Shown here piece by piece: positions 24,572-37,500 of a stretch of 64,000 bases of DNA. The stretch is from Thalia democratica (Eukaryota). A program made the translations under genes and the position numbers. The DNA lies in assembly GCA_965202585.1 (NCBI GenBank), contig OZ241826.1, positions 87,730,001 through 87,794,000 on the forward strand, in the 5' to 3' direction. Below the pieces are notes generated by a model, which saw only the letters and a list, made by a program, of their open reading frames with translations, did not search any database and was not told where the DNA came from. The first letter of the stretch is position 1. Every line of letters starts with the position of its first letter.

Positions 24572-24643
24572 TCCCAGGTGATCTAGTGGTTAGGATTCGT
24601 GGCTCTCACCCTCGCGGCCCGAGTTCGATTCCCGGTCTGGGAA
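24572..24643 (+). tRNA. tRNA-Glu(CTC), second copy
   Basis: Differs from 18059-18130 at only 2 positions and has the same two stem mismatches. Confidence 0.85.
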
Positions 24644-27089
24644 CACTTTTGATTTATATCATTTTTCTCAAATTTATTACCACTTTATAGTTTGTTGAAC
24701 TTTTTAAAGATTTTAATGGTAAAACACTTTAGACAATACTACTTAAATTTTTTTAATCAAAATTGTAAACTAAAGTTTTGAAATTAAATTTTGTAGTTAG
24801 TGGTTTTCAAAACTTTATTAAATTTATTCAATGTTAAAAGAATTATAAAAGTTTTTAATTTTTATAACATTTTAAAAGTTATCATAATAAATTGTTGGTT
24901 GCAATTGTTTTTATTTACATATAAACTAAAAGTGTAAGTTAAAAGGTCACATTTAAGCCTTTATAAGTAAGTTGTTCGAAATGTTTTGATTTTATTAAAA
25001 TTAGAAATTACAAGACATCAATATAAAGTATTTAGGATCTACTTTCATATGTTTTGAACATTTTTACACTATCACTTTAATTCCATTTTTATGACAGTTA
25101 AACATATTTTTTTTTTTAATCAGTTTCATAATGAAAAATTTTTATTATATACACAAAATAAAAATATTTTAAATCGAATATAAATGTAAAAAATAAGTTT
25201 TAAAAGTTATTCAAATAACTAAAGGTATATCTAAAACTGTAGTAATACAAATAATTTTTATTATAAACCACAAACAGTGTTTCATATACTATTCATAATT
25301 TCCTTTTTTTTATTTCATTTTTTATGAAACTAAAGTTAAACCTAATTAAGTATTATTGTACATTAACTTTGTACCTTTGTTCTAATATTTAAATGCTTAT
25401 ACTGAAGTAGACTAAAAAGTTTAGTCAAAACACGCCGTTCAGAGATAATAGTTTAAGTTTGTTATTTAAGCTGCGTTCAATAGCTTTTATTAAACACTCA
25501 GTAAATGCTAAAACTTTAATATGCATATTAATGTCTTTTCAACTGCCCTTTACAAGACGTTAAACTGTATCCGTAGTGTATTACTCGATAAACGAAAGAT
25601 TTTTCATATCCAGGTTTTTAAACAAAACTTTTTGAGCAGTTTTTTTCATTTAATATACAATAATACTATCTTTAATTAGTGTTTATTAAAACAAAATCTT
25701 AAATTTATCTTAAACTACTATTATTTTTAATAAACCGAATTAAAATTAAGAATTATTAAAGCAAATTGCTTCACACACTTTAGTATAGTATTCTAAGATT
25801 ATCAGTATACCTAACATATATTGAAACTACACTTTTTTACCTTTTACAAAACAACTAGTTTTAGGAGTTATGAATAACTGAAAATTTTTAATAACAATTC
25901 CATGATTAGAATAATGTTTTATAAAGTTAATTATCTTAGAAATACAACAGTTTTTAAAATCTAACTATTTTTTCATTATTAAGCATTTTACAAAAGTACA
26001 GTTCTATAATAACAAATGTTTTTTAAAGAGCTCAAAAAATTAATGAATTGTGAATAAAATTTAAGAATGTATTTTATCAAAAGGTGTTTTACTTTAATAT
26101 TTATAAAACTCATATACCTTTTTAGACTAAATCTTTACAAACTATTCTTAAAAACAGCTACATAGAAATCAAGACAACTAAACTTAACTTTATCAACTCG
26201 ATATTATACTGTGTTTTGATTAAGAACCTAATTTTTAGTAATAAACTAAATTTACAGCTACTTTTCTTTAAAATTTCATGTAAACACTCATGCTTGTATC
26301 AAATTTGTATGTGTAAAATGGGACAAGTTCAAAATCCACCCGCGGTCAATATCCATTTTTGACTATTTTTGTTATTAAGTTTTTGGTAAAACTAACATAT
26401 CATTAGTTTGATTACTAAGAAATTAAATTGTTTTGTAAGCTATAAAAATGTTTAAATTATAAGAGTTTTATATTTTTTTAATGTTTTCAAACATTTTTAT
26501 TAGAATACAGTTATAAACTATTTACATAATAAAATAAACTGTTTAAAACTATTCGAGAAATTCTTCATTACACTAAATTCAAAAAAAAACTCTTTCAAAA
26601 TTTAGTTTTTAGCTTTTGTTCTAGTAAAGAATAACATTATAATTAATTTTATAGTTTTTTTCTGTTAAAGTTTTTAAATTAATGACTTTAAAACTAAGTT
26701 TAACTTTTACTGTTATAGGTTAGCTGCAAAAAAAAAAGTATTGGTTTTATTTTTAAACAAAGTTTACATTACTTATACAGAAAATAATATGACAGCACTT
26801 TTTTAAAGATAGTCAGTAATCAAACAAATACTACAAACACAGGTAATGCCTATATATTGTGGTTAGTTGTTGAAAATAAATTTTAAAAAAATGTTTGTTG
26901 TAAAAAACTAAAATTAAACGGTAACTAAAATATGTTTTGATATTAGGAGCTTTGTATTTTCAAACAATTTCATTTGAATGTAGTTATAAAGTATTTACAT
27001 TAAAAAAAAACAATTTTAAACTAATCAAGAATTTATAACTTTTAATTAAATTTATCGAGAATTCTTTTATATATTATTTCAAAAGCTGT

Positions 27090-27550
27090 AGCCTAGGAAA
27101 AGGTTTACCAGATTGGGGTATTATTTTAAACGCAGTTCCGCTAATTGCGTTTATATTTCAACTTTGGTGAATTGTTGTAAAAGCAATGTTATTTCAAGGG
27201 AGAAGAGTTTTGGATGATACATGTTTGAAACAACTGTAATTGGTACATATTGTTTGGTAAAATACTTTTAGTATATCAATAAAATGAACAAAGAAAAAAC
27301 AGTTAGATAGTATTTTTTGTGTTTATACGGAGTATTATATTTACGTTCATACTAGATGAAGACACAATTCATGTTTTACGATTTGACCAACCTAAAACTT
27401 ATGATGAAGTAATGACATTTGATAATCAGTAGGAGAATGAAAATGAATCAAAAACTTTATCGAATATACACAAACAAGAAGTGAAGTTTAGGTCAAATAC
27501 TAAACTGCCAATATATGAAGAAACTCTTAATATTTATAAAAAAACAATAT
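27090..27550 (+). pseudogene. Decayed membrane-protein coding relic with PY-like motifs
   Basis: Reads SLGKGLPDWGIILNAVPLIAFIFQLW* and, further on, DQPKTYDEVM...KLPIYEETL, with several stops. Confidence 0.35.
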
Positions 27551-28439
27551 TTTTCAAAAAGCGACCCCTAGTACAAAAGTTACGCTCGTGCAAAATGGAG
27601 GCTCGTGTAAAAGTAACAACCATCTAATTTATTCTTTGTAAAATACATTCTCAACTTGCAGACTTGATTTCAGCTAAACCAGTAGTTTAAATTTTTTACA
27701 ACCTTAGAAAACCTACTTTTGTTAAACAGTAGTATAAGTTCAATTAACACTTCTAAAACTTCTACATTATTTAGCTAAGTCAGTCTAAACATTAGTTTAA
27801 GAACTAACCTTAAGATTATTATATAATAATGACCAAATTAAATACTGGTTAAATAAGATAAGCAAATAAATTCGTACAAAATGATTCTATAAATGTAGTT
27901 TATTTACAAAGAAATGAAGCGAAGAGGATTAAAAAACGTTATATTCGCAACTTAAAAACTTAGATTCATACTAAATTCTAGTTTTTCACATTTCTAATCG
28001 AAAGAAACAGGAATCAAATTAAAACATTTTAAATTAGAGCTGTAAGAGAACATAGTAGAATACAAATTTTAAAATATCAATTTTTGCATCACATAATGCC
28101 TTATTACTATTTATAAATTAGCTAATTTTTATAGTAGAATAAAAAGTTGTTACCTATACTAAAGAATATTTATAGAAAAATTTTACTTAAAATCCGTATT
28201 AAAATTAAATTAGCTATAATTGTGTACATTTTTTATACTATAAGTAAATATGAATAAATTTTACAAAATGCTTTTTATCCGAAAACGTATTACGAAATAG
28301 ACAAAGATAAATAGTTTAAATAAACTTTTCAACAACATTTGGCCATTTTTTATAGCCATGATGTTTATTATACACTTAGAATCTTCATTTGTTTAAATGT
28401 TTAGAAAACTAAGAAACAACTTATTCCTAGATTCTCATT

Positions 28440-30806
28440 TTAAAGACGAGGAGCTGTGATAGCAGAAAAGCTGGTGAGATGTTTCGTTGGTTCGCTAGGT
28501 TTTTCACACCACTCACCCTTTACTGTATCGAAGCAAAAAATACTCGATGAACCTTTAAAATAAGTATAAAATTTGCGTCCAACACTAAAGACTGCAAATG
28601 GTCTATTTGATGTTATGTCGTACAGTCTGAATGATGGTTTAAGAACAGCGAACTTTTTAGAAGTAGAATCATAAACTTCATTGATATAAGTTCCTCCTGC
28701 AAGAACATACAAATTATTCTTAACTACAACTGACTCATGGAGACATCTTGAATAGTTCATAGTTGGAAATTCTGTCCAAGTGTCGTCTATTGGGTCGTAA
28801 GCTTCAACTGTATCTAATGTTTGATGGTTGTCTTCATCGAAATAATTGACAAAATTAACAAACTCATCGCCTGTATATTGCATGCCACCAGATACGATGA
28901 TTTTCTCTTCAAAAACGCATGCAGCAGGATGTTCTCTTATTTCGATCATCTTTGATTTGTGCTTCCAAGAGCAACTGTACGTATCAAACTCTATACACAA
29001 GTCTCTTTCAGTATGACAGTCATCATAACCTCCGAACAAATAAATTTTATCCATGAAACCGCATACCGCATAACAATAGTAGTCATAGTCATTTATATCT
29101 TCTATATTTGCTACTACTTTGCACGTTTTCGCAAGATGGCTGTACATTTCTACTTCTTTTACAATTCTTTTCCACGAGTTACTATCTGGGACATCAAAAC
29201 CACCGAAAATGTAGACATTTCCTCTGAGATAAACCACTTTAGAGTTATAACGTTTTTTCACTAATGAAGAAACAGTTTCTGAACTGTTAAAGTGGTCGGA
29301 ATTCTTTATTCGCAGTACTTTGTTATCAACAACTTCATCAACTTTTCCCTCACCCCCAAAATACAAAATGTCAAATGAATTGTGACCGCAGCATCTTGCT
29401 GTGAAAAACTTGCTCGGTTTATTCCTATAAAAATCAAAGTTGCCTTTCAAAATTTCATTTACGACCGCTAGGGAATCTTTGTTCTTTGTAAAACAGCTCT
29501 GTTCAGTTAAGATAGTTTTTAAGGTTTTATATTCTAACAGTGGAAGACGTATCTCGTTTAGAAGCCTTTTTGAAAACTTTCCTCTTTCTTCATAGTTGTA
29601 TTTGATCCATTTATCAACAGCTTCGTAAACTTCAATCTCAGTTGTAACTAACAAACTTGATCTAGAAATAATTTCTTTAAGAAGATTTACTTCCAATTGC
29701 AAAAAACTGTCTGCCTCTGAAATCATCAAAAAACGACTATCTACGTATATTAAAGCGTCTTGACTCGAAGAACAAAACAACTTTAAAAGAATGAGATACA
29801 TGCGAAAGTCTTCAGGACTTATTTTATCTTTGAGACATTTGACTAGTTTTTGTTCTTCATTGTCGTCTAAAACTAATTTATTTAGCTGAATAGCTTGGAC
29901 AATGTAAAGCTCTTGTAGTGTAACTTTTCCTGAAAAAATATTCAAAAAGGTTTGACATTAATTTACAAACCAGTAAAAATAAAGTTAACATCTTTAAATA
30001 CAAAGATTCGATAACTGTTAGCCATTATTCACATAACTTTTGTATTATTATCATCATAAATAGATTTATGCAAATTATATATTTTTTTCGCGACCGGTTT
30101 CAATAGCAAAAATTGTAACCTTTTTAAGCAAAAATAAAATATTAAACTGCATATAACAATGTTAGTTATTTATACTGTTCTTTAAAAACTTATTCATGCG
30201 TGAAAAATATAACAAAAACTAAGTTATTGCATTATTTGAAAATTCAAGCATGTCAGAGTATAATAAGGTAAAAATATTATTATTAACAAAAATATACAAA
30301 TCAAAAATAAATGTATTATTATTAAACATAATTAATGAATAACAAAAAATTTTAAAAGAGTTAAAAAATTAAAGCTTATACTTAATTTTTAAGTTAAAAT
30401 TTCGTCTTATATTTAGACTAGATTTATAGTATTGGGTTAAGAAAAATTAGTAACATAGGTTTACCTAAACTAACATTTTAAAAATACAAAATAAATACTT
30501 TAAAACTGTAAAAATGTAGTTTATCAATTGTTTTTTAAACATAATAATTTCACTTATTATAAACATACTTGGATAGGAAAAGTCTTTGCTAGCTTTTGAG
30601 TATTTAATGGCATTCTCTAATGTTTTCTTCTGTTGTGCTTTTGTAATACATTTCTCAACAAAAGTACAAACTTCAAGTTTATTAACATAATTGCTTAGGT
30701 GTTCAGTTTTCAGAGTATCTTCTAGTTTACTTTCTTTAGTACCAGCTGTTATCTTATTTACATCTTTGAATAAGTATGATTTAAGCTTTAAACCTTTTTC
30801 ACTCAT
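28440..30806 (-). CDS. Kelch-like protein (degenerate BTB tail, BACK, six Kelch repeats), join(30569-30806, 28440-29929), ~576 aa
   Basis: BACK motifs (EIEVYEAVDKWI, IRLPLL) and Kelch GG/Y/W motifs (VYIFGGFD, IYLFGGYD, IIVSGG, LYVLAGG). Donor CCA A|GTATGT at 30568 and acceptor ttttcag|GA at 29930 are both phase 1. Confidence 0.85.
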
Positions 30807-31489
30807 TATCCAAGTAGTGTAAGACTATTAATTAAACCTGTTTAGAATTTCTATAATAAGTAAGATAATTGTAAAGTAAACTAAAGCTTGAAGAAAGATT
30901 TAGAATAAATAGTATAACAGTATTAAATGAAATCAATCTAGTCGCTGTAGATGAAATTTTATTTTCAAGAATAAGTAGTTAAAATAATCCTGGTAGATAT
31001 TTTAAAATTGACACAACACTAAAACATGCATATTAAGTCAAGGTTAGTTTTAAATGACGGTTTAAAATTACAAAACAATACAAAAAATTAAAAAGAATTA
31101 AAGAAAAATTTTAAATAACATTAAAAATATCTTTTTAAATATCATATTATTATATGCAAGGATTATTCCTTGGGCACAACAGGTCTCGACAATTTTGGTT
31201 TTGGAGACAAAGTTAATTTTTAAATTTATTTATTTACAAAGGCAACAATGTTTCTCCCCTAAGGGATCTTCAGGCCTGTAAAATAAAATAAACATAAGAC
31301 GATGGACAACTTAAGAAAATACAATAATGCAAAAAAATATAATTGAATTCAAATTAAAATTAAAAATGTATAGTGCTATTACTAGATAATTAGTTAACAA
31401 AATTAAAAGTTTTATAATAGTGAAAAAGACTTTTTAAATTTTGAATATTATTTATACTTACAATAGATGATTTGTTCTATATAGATTTG

Positions 31490-31765
31490 GATTTAGCTTA
31501 TAACAACACAAAACAAAATGGCGCTTAACAAGTGAGGGTACAAGTAATAACAAAAATAGATTTAAGTGATAAAAGAATTAATACGCTAAGTTTTAAAATA
31601 AAATTTCCTAAAGTGCGGGCAGGTGTAGAAGAGCTCTTGTCCTTTGTTTAAAATTCGTTTCTTATTAGCAAGTGCTATTTCAATTTTTTCCAAATTGCAA
31701 GTCTTACAGATTTTACATATATTCTTCATTTCCCTGATCTTGTGCATTATGCTCCATCTTAAATC
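31490..31765 (-). mobile_element. Penelope-like 3' fragment (same family as 59425-59870)
   Basis: Encodes YDLRWSIMHKIREMKNICKICKTCNLEKIEIALANKKRILNKGQELFYTCPHFRK*; it is the reverse complement of about 59600-59870. Confidence 0.8.
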
Positions 31766-32686
31766 GTAGCTGGTGTTATATCATATTAAAAGAAATGTGG
31801 GTGTCCTACATAACAAATAAAGTTTTCAACTACTTTGTAACAAAGTTATTAAAAGTTTTATATCAGCTGCATATACTTCTACAACCACCTAAGGTAGTTA
31901 AGTTTTATTAACTACTAAAAGATAAATTCAAGCAAAAATGTAGTTATTCTTGATAAACTTTGCAAATCTATTATCTATTTACTTACACTAGTTTTTTTTT
32001 GGTAGCATTTGTAATACAATAAAGAGCTTCCGTTCTTATATGGAGATCACATTTATGTACATAAATGTTTTAGCTGACTGTAAGTAAAGGACCAGCAAAA
32101 CTACTATTTATTGAAGTATTAAGATTGTAAGAAAGTTTAAACTACTTGTATAATGAAATCGAGTCAATAAGGTTAGACTGTGTTAACATTGTTTAAAGTG
32201 CGACAAAATATAACAAACTATACTAAAAAACTGATACAAAATAAAATACTTTGACACAATAACAAAGATTAGAATCAGTCACCATCGTTATGCTAGTACA
32301 ATTACATAACTTAACATAAAGAAACAAATACAAACAATGACTAAAAGTTAACTCATGCGTCAAAACTTAAAAGTAACGAAAGAGCGTACTTCGAGCTCTT
32401 ATGGAAATATTTGAGAAAAGAGAAAAAAGGTCACTTCCAACAATTTATCGATACAAAGGCATTAAAATCTGATGACCTTTATATTAAGATATAAATTAAA
32501 ACCATATTCAGGAAAATAATAAACATTGTCTCATGTGTTAAAAAATAAGAGTTTTTAGAAATATTAGTAAAAAAAAATTAGTAAATAAGATTAAGGATAT
32601 AATGATAAAAGTTTTTTTTTCTGACTTTGCAAACATTACAAGAAACACCTGAGTGCTTCAGTAAGACTCTATTTAAGTTACAACTA

Positions 32687-33472
32687 CAGTATACTACCGT
32701 TTAAGTACGCAAATTGAACCCGACTAAAAAGTGCGTACTTAGCACGGGTAGTGCGAACTTTTTGACGACATTGTATAATATGAACTTTAGTTGTTTGTTT
32801 TATTTCTTACAACTAGCCACTAAATAATTAAGCCAAATAAACAAGTCTTTTTATTTAAAATAACACTTAACACAATAATTCTAATCTGCAAAATTTTTAA
32901 ATATTATTTAAAATGTTTTATTTTTCTATAAAAAGTTTCTACATTAAATAATACACACATTTATTATAGAAAGTCAATGTCAGTCAATGATATAAAAAAG
33001 AATATTTTGCCATATTTTCCATATTTTGTTTTGTTAGAGGGAAAGTACTAAACTGCATTGTGTTTACCAAACATTTTCAAAACATCAACGTGTATACATT
33101 TAAATTAAATTATGAATTAACTATGTTGTAATTGTAGGTTTTTTAACTTTGACATCTAGATTTATTTATTTTATAGCATTACAACTCAAATATCATTATT
33201 CTTTTCATTTTTCTGCAACCACTACATAAGTATTTACTTTATTAACATTTAATTACAGAACTGTCACAATCTCAGGCCACTTAGACTACTCAGGATTACT
33301 CATCCTAGTTTAAAATGTGAAAGTCTCAGGCTAACTCAGCAGGTTAGCCATTCTACCTAGAAACATTAATTAATCCGGAAAATCTTGATGACTGAAAATT
33401 AAAGCACAGGTAGTGCGTACTTAAGGCGGGGTGCGTACCAAAACAAGTGCGTACTTAAGCGGTAGTCTACTG
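32687..33472. mobile_element. Tc1/mariner-pogo type MITE, 786 bp
   Basis: TIRs CAGTA(T/G)ACTACCG(T/C)TTAAGTACGCA (23 of 25 identical), with TA on both sides. Confidence 0.9.
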
Positions 33473-34512
33473 TAATTGGATTTTATAGACATTTTGATTC
33501 TATATTCCTTAAAACTAGACAAATTCATCAAAAAAAAAAAAAAATTGCAATAAGTGCCTGAATAGCACTCACTAAAACAATTAAATTAAAAGGTTAAGGG
33601 TAAAATTACAAACTGGAAAGTTTCTTTTAATCATTGTGCCTAAAATTTAATACTAGATTATTTTTTCATAACAGAAGAATAAAAAAAAACTAGCAACATA
33701 GCAGAAATTTTTATACAATAAATTTTACATTAAGCATAAGTCTATGTGTTAATAATACTTCAAAAAATCATTTTATAGTCTTCGATAAAAGCTTTATACT
33801 AGTATATTAAAAATGTATAAGAATTATGTACTGCTACGAATAAAATTTTTAGTTTTAAAACTTTTGGTAGTCAATTGCTGTTAAAAAAATTATTCCTTTT
33901 GAATAAATTTTTATATGCATTAATAAAAACAATAAATATTAAGAGCTTATTAGATACTAGTAAAAATAATAAATTTATTTTAGAGATTATAACATTTTTA
34001 CTTAGGTAGTTCTACTTATGAAATTTTAATAAGATAAAAAAAACAAGCTTCATTAAAACATCTATATTTTTTTTAAACAAAATGCTAACAAAAAAAATAA
34101 ACAGAAATTTATTTTTATGCATTTAACTGATTAATTTTAATAAGTTAAAAACTATATTTACTACAACTCAAAAAGAATTGTGTATATACCAGACTCGTTA
34201 GAAAGCAATTAAAAATGAAGCAAAAAAATCTAGTAACTTGTATTTATTTATGTAATAGTTAAGTAATGTTTATCTTTTTTTGTAAAAAAACCTAACAAAT
34301 TATGTTTATTTTTGTAAAAAAGTAAGTTAGCTTGTATTTTAATTCTTCAAAATTGTCAAAAACATTCAGAAAGTACTTCAAATAACAAAAAGCTATACAC
34401 AACTCAAAAAGTTATCCATGATAACACCAATTTTTATCTGTAAAAAGTTTCCGAACAACAAATTCACTAATTCGAACACCAGATAACTAATTTCAGCTCA
34501 TCAATAAAAATG

Positions 34513-37500
34513 TTAGTAAGTGTAGTTGGACGGATTGCTGATCCACGCCATCGACTCGGGTATTTTCACTTTCCTACCTTCCTCCAGCTTCAATACGGTC
34601 AGTTGGCGTCTGGAGCAGGGCTGTTGAGCGCCATTCTGATTAGCATGACTGGGTTGAACTCTATTGGGGTTGGCATGTCTTTGTGGAAGCATATTTGGAT
34701 TCGGATGTCTCTGTGAAACCATATTTGGGTTTACATGTCTTTGTGGATCCATATTTGGATTTGGATGTCTCTGTACAACCATTTTTAATTTATATGTCTT
34801 TTTGGAACCATATTTGGGTCAGTATAATTTCGTTGAACCATGTTTGGGATTAAATGTCTTTGTGGAACCATATTTGGGTTAATACAACTTTGTTGAACTA
34901 TATTTTGGTTTACATGTCTTTGTGGAACCATATTTTGGTTTGCATAAGTTTGTAGAATAAAATTTGGGTTTGCAAAGCTTTGGGAAACTACATTTGGGCT
35001 TGAATATATTTTTGGAGCTACATTACGATTCTCATACATTTGTGTATTTACACTATGACTTTAAAAAAACTTTGTGGAACGGTATTCGGGTTTGCATTTC
35101 TTTGTAGAGTGATATTATGATTTGCAAAGTTTTTTTGTAGCTTTATTTGGGTTCAAATGTCTTTGTAAGTCTATATCTTGATTCAAAAAGACTGGCTGGG
35201 CAAATTTAGAATTGGAATTTACTTTCAAAGCTAAATTTGGGTTGACATATCTTTGTGGAGCTGCATTTTGGTTTGCAACTTTTTGTAGTGCTCCGTTAGA
35301 ATTTGCATAACCAGGTGAAGCTAAGGTGGCTAAAGTGTCGGAACTTGGATAACTCTGCTGAGCTTGATGCATTTGACGAGCATGTGACACATGGTTGATA
35401 TTTTGTGTACCCTGACTTGCTTGAGTGTTGGAAGCTCCGTTTGCAAAGTTATGATTCACAGAATTTTGTTCAGGAGAGTATTGTTGATTTTCCCTTGGAC
35501 TTGCATAGCCGAGCTGAAGTTGATTTTGATTTGCATTGCTTCGTGAAGCATTCTTGTTAGATTCTGCATAATCACGAGTCAATGTCTCTGGAAAGCTTTG
35601 TTGAACTATTACCGGGTAGATAGGGGAATCTTTTTTTTAAGTTTTAATGTTTACGTGAATCTCTTATGAATTTCTGACCGACCTTTACTGTCTTTATGGC
35701 TCATCTTTGCTCTGACCAGTATTACCCGATTGGGATTCCTTGTATTGTGGATGTGTTGAGCAGATTTATTTTTTTCTTGAATTAAACTTTCATTGTTTTT
35801 TTGACTTTCCGAAGGGTTTTCCTCACTTTCGGGTGTAACTTTAAACAGATCATGCTTGTTTGACGGTTCATTGTTCTTGTGAGCTTTCGATTGATCCCAT
35901 TGTTTTCAGCCTTTCCAGAGTGATGGGTGTTTGAAGCGATATTGTTTGCAGGACGGCTACCATGGAACCTATTGAACCTTGCCAGGCGCTTGGACTCTGC
36001 AATGCGCTCGGGCACCAAGCAGAGATATCTGAACTGCCTGTACAAACAAGCACACAAACTTGTGAGCAAAACCGAACCGCCGCAGAACCCGCCGATGACC
36101 GCGTCCGACCAGAAGGAAACCTCCAGCTTGGTTTTGTAGCTCGGGATTTCTTCGGCAGGATAATTAATTCCGTCATGCCCATAATCAACCATGGAAGCAG
36201 TGCAGTAGTATTCCCCGTGGTTGTGCGCATTAAAATGTTTAAAGGTCAACAAACCGCCGGGATCGACTTCAACTCCCAAAGAGTCTCTTCACTCTTGAGA
36301 TTGCAGTCTCAGCATGTTGCCGTTGAAGAACCACTCAAGCGTCGGCAGGGGTTCGTACTTGGTGTCGGAAACGCACTGGAGCGTGAACTTTCCGTTTTTC
36401 ACTATGCGCCTGGGTATGTACTCTATTGTGGGCTTGGATGGTTCGTAGACGACGCTGAGCTCGTGACGCCGTACAGCATGGGTTTGTTGTTGGCAGTGTT
36501 GAGCACCTGGCAAGTGTAAATTCCGCCGTCCGATCTGTTTTTGCATATAAAAAACATCAAGTCTAATACAGTAATTGAGAAGTAAAAAGAATATACTTTG
36601 ATAATTGTTTATAAGCTTTGTTTCTAATCGGTTTAAAATAAAGAAAACGTTTAAAGCCATATATGAAATTTAAATAACTTTGAGAAACAGAATTGTACTA
36701 TTAAATTAAAATAAAATAATAAAAAAACAAACCAGAAAAGTCTGATACGGGGTTGTTTGAGAATAAAACCTGCCTGATAGACTAAAAATAACAATCAGCA
36801 TGCTTTGTAAGATTTTTGAAAAAAAAACATAGTGATAAAAAACTACTAATCGAGCCTTATAGAAAAACATAAGAAAAAGAACTTAATGAAAAAAATAAAT
36901 ATTTTAATTAACTTAAGTTTTTTAAAAATGCATTAATACTATCAATATTGTGCAAAAACAATCAAAATTTAAGTACCCTTCTTCATTTCGCCAAAGTTTT
37001 GAAAAATAGTCTAGCCTGCCCTAGTATTTAGTCTCAGTCCAGATTACTTTCGTTAAAACAAAATATTTTATTTTACTCTAGAGTCAAATCTTAATAAAAA
37101 AACAAAAGTTTTACATTTCATTACTTAATTGGCATGACCATAGTATTTTGACAACTCTTATGCTTATCAAGTATGTTAATATCTGTAACCTGTGGCAACT
37201 ATTATGATACACATTACAATCAAGTTTAAATTTAATTGTTTGCTTACACAATTTTTGTTTTTTGACTTGTATGAAAAGTTTAGCTAAAATAAATAAATTA
37301 AACAAATTACTCGTTGCTCGGGTATAACAAAAAATCTCAACGAATCTATCATACAAGCTTGGCATGTGTAACAGTTTGAAAAGTTCTATTTATTGATTCA
37401 CCAAAATTAATCTTTAAACGAAATAGCAAAATGTTCAAAATAACAAGACCTGTGCGGATTTTTCACTACCAGATCGTAAGTACCCTTCTTCATGCACATT

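Larger units (their letters stand above)
22813..26310 (+). repeat. Copy 2 of the tandem segmental duplication
   Basis: Colinear with 14213-19320 minus the Penelope insertion. Confidence 0.85.

Noticed and set aside
28959-29264. Antisense ORFs within real coding sequence (28959-29264, 35962-36519, 35927-36139, 34510-34716, 34664-34882, 58601-58879, 59128-59316, 15678-15878, 16907-17098)
   Set aside because: They are shadows of the Kelch, Ig-receptor and Penelope frames on the opposite strand.
34660-35030. 30-bp periodic array as a CRISPR-like locus
   Set aside because: The units are contiguous with no unique spacers, preserve a reading frame, and lie in a eukaryotic exon.
36289-36291. In-frame TGA in the Ig domain as selenocysteine or programmed readthrough
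   Set aside because: The same gene has a TAG at 38245 and several frameshifts; ordinary pseudogenisation explains it and no SECIS-like element was recognised.
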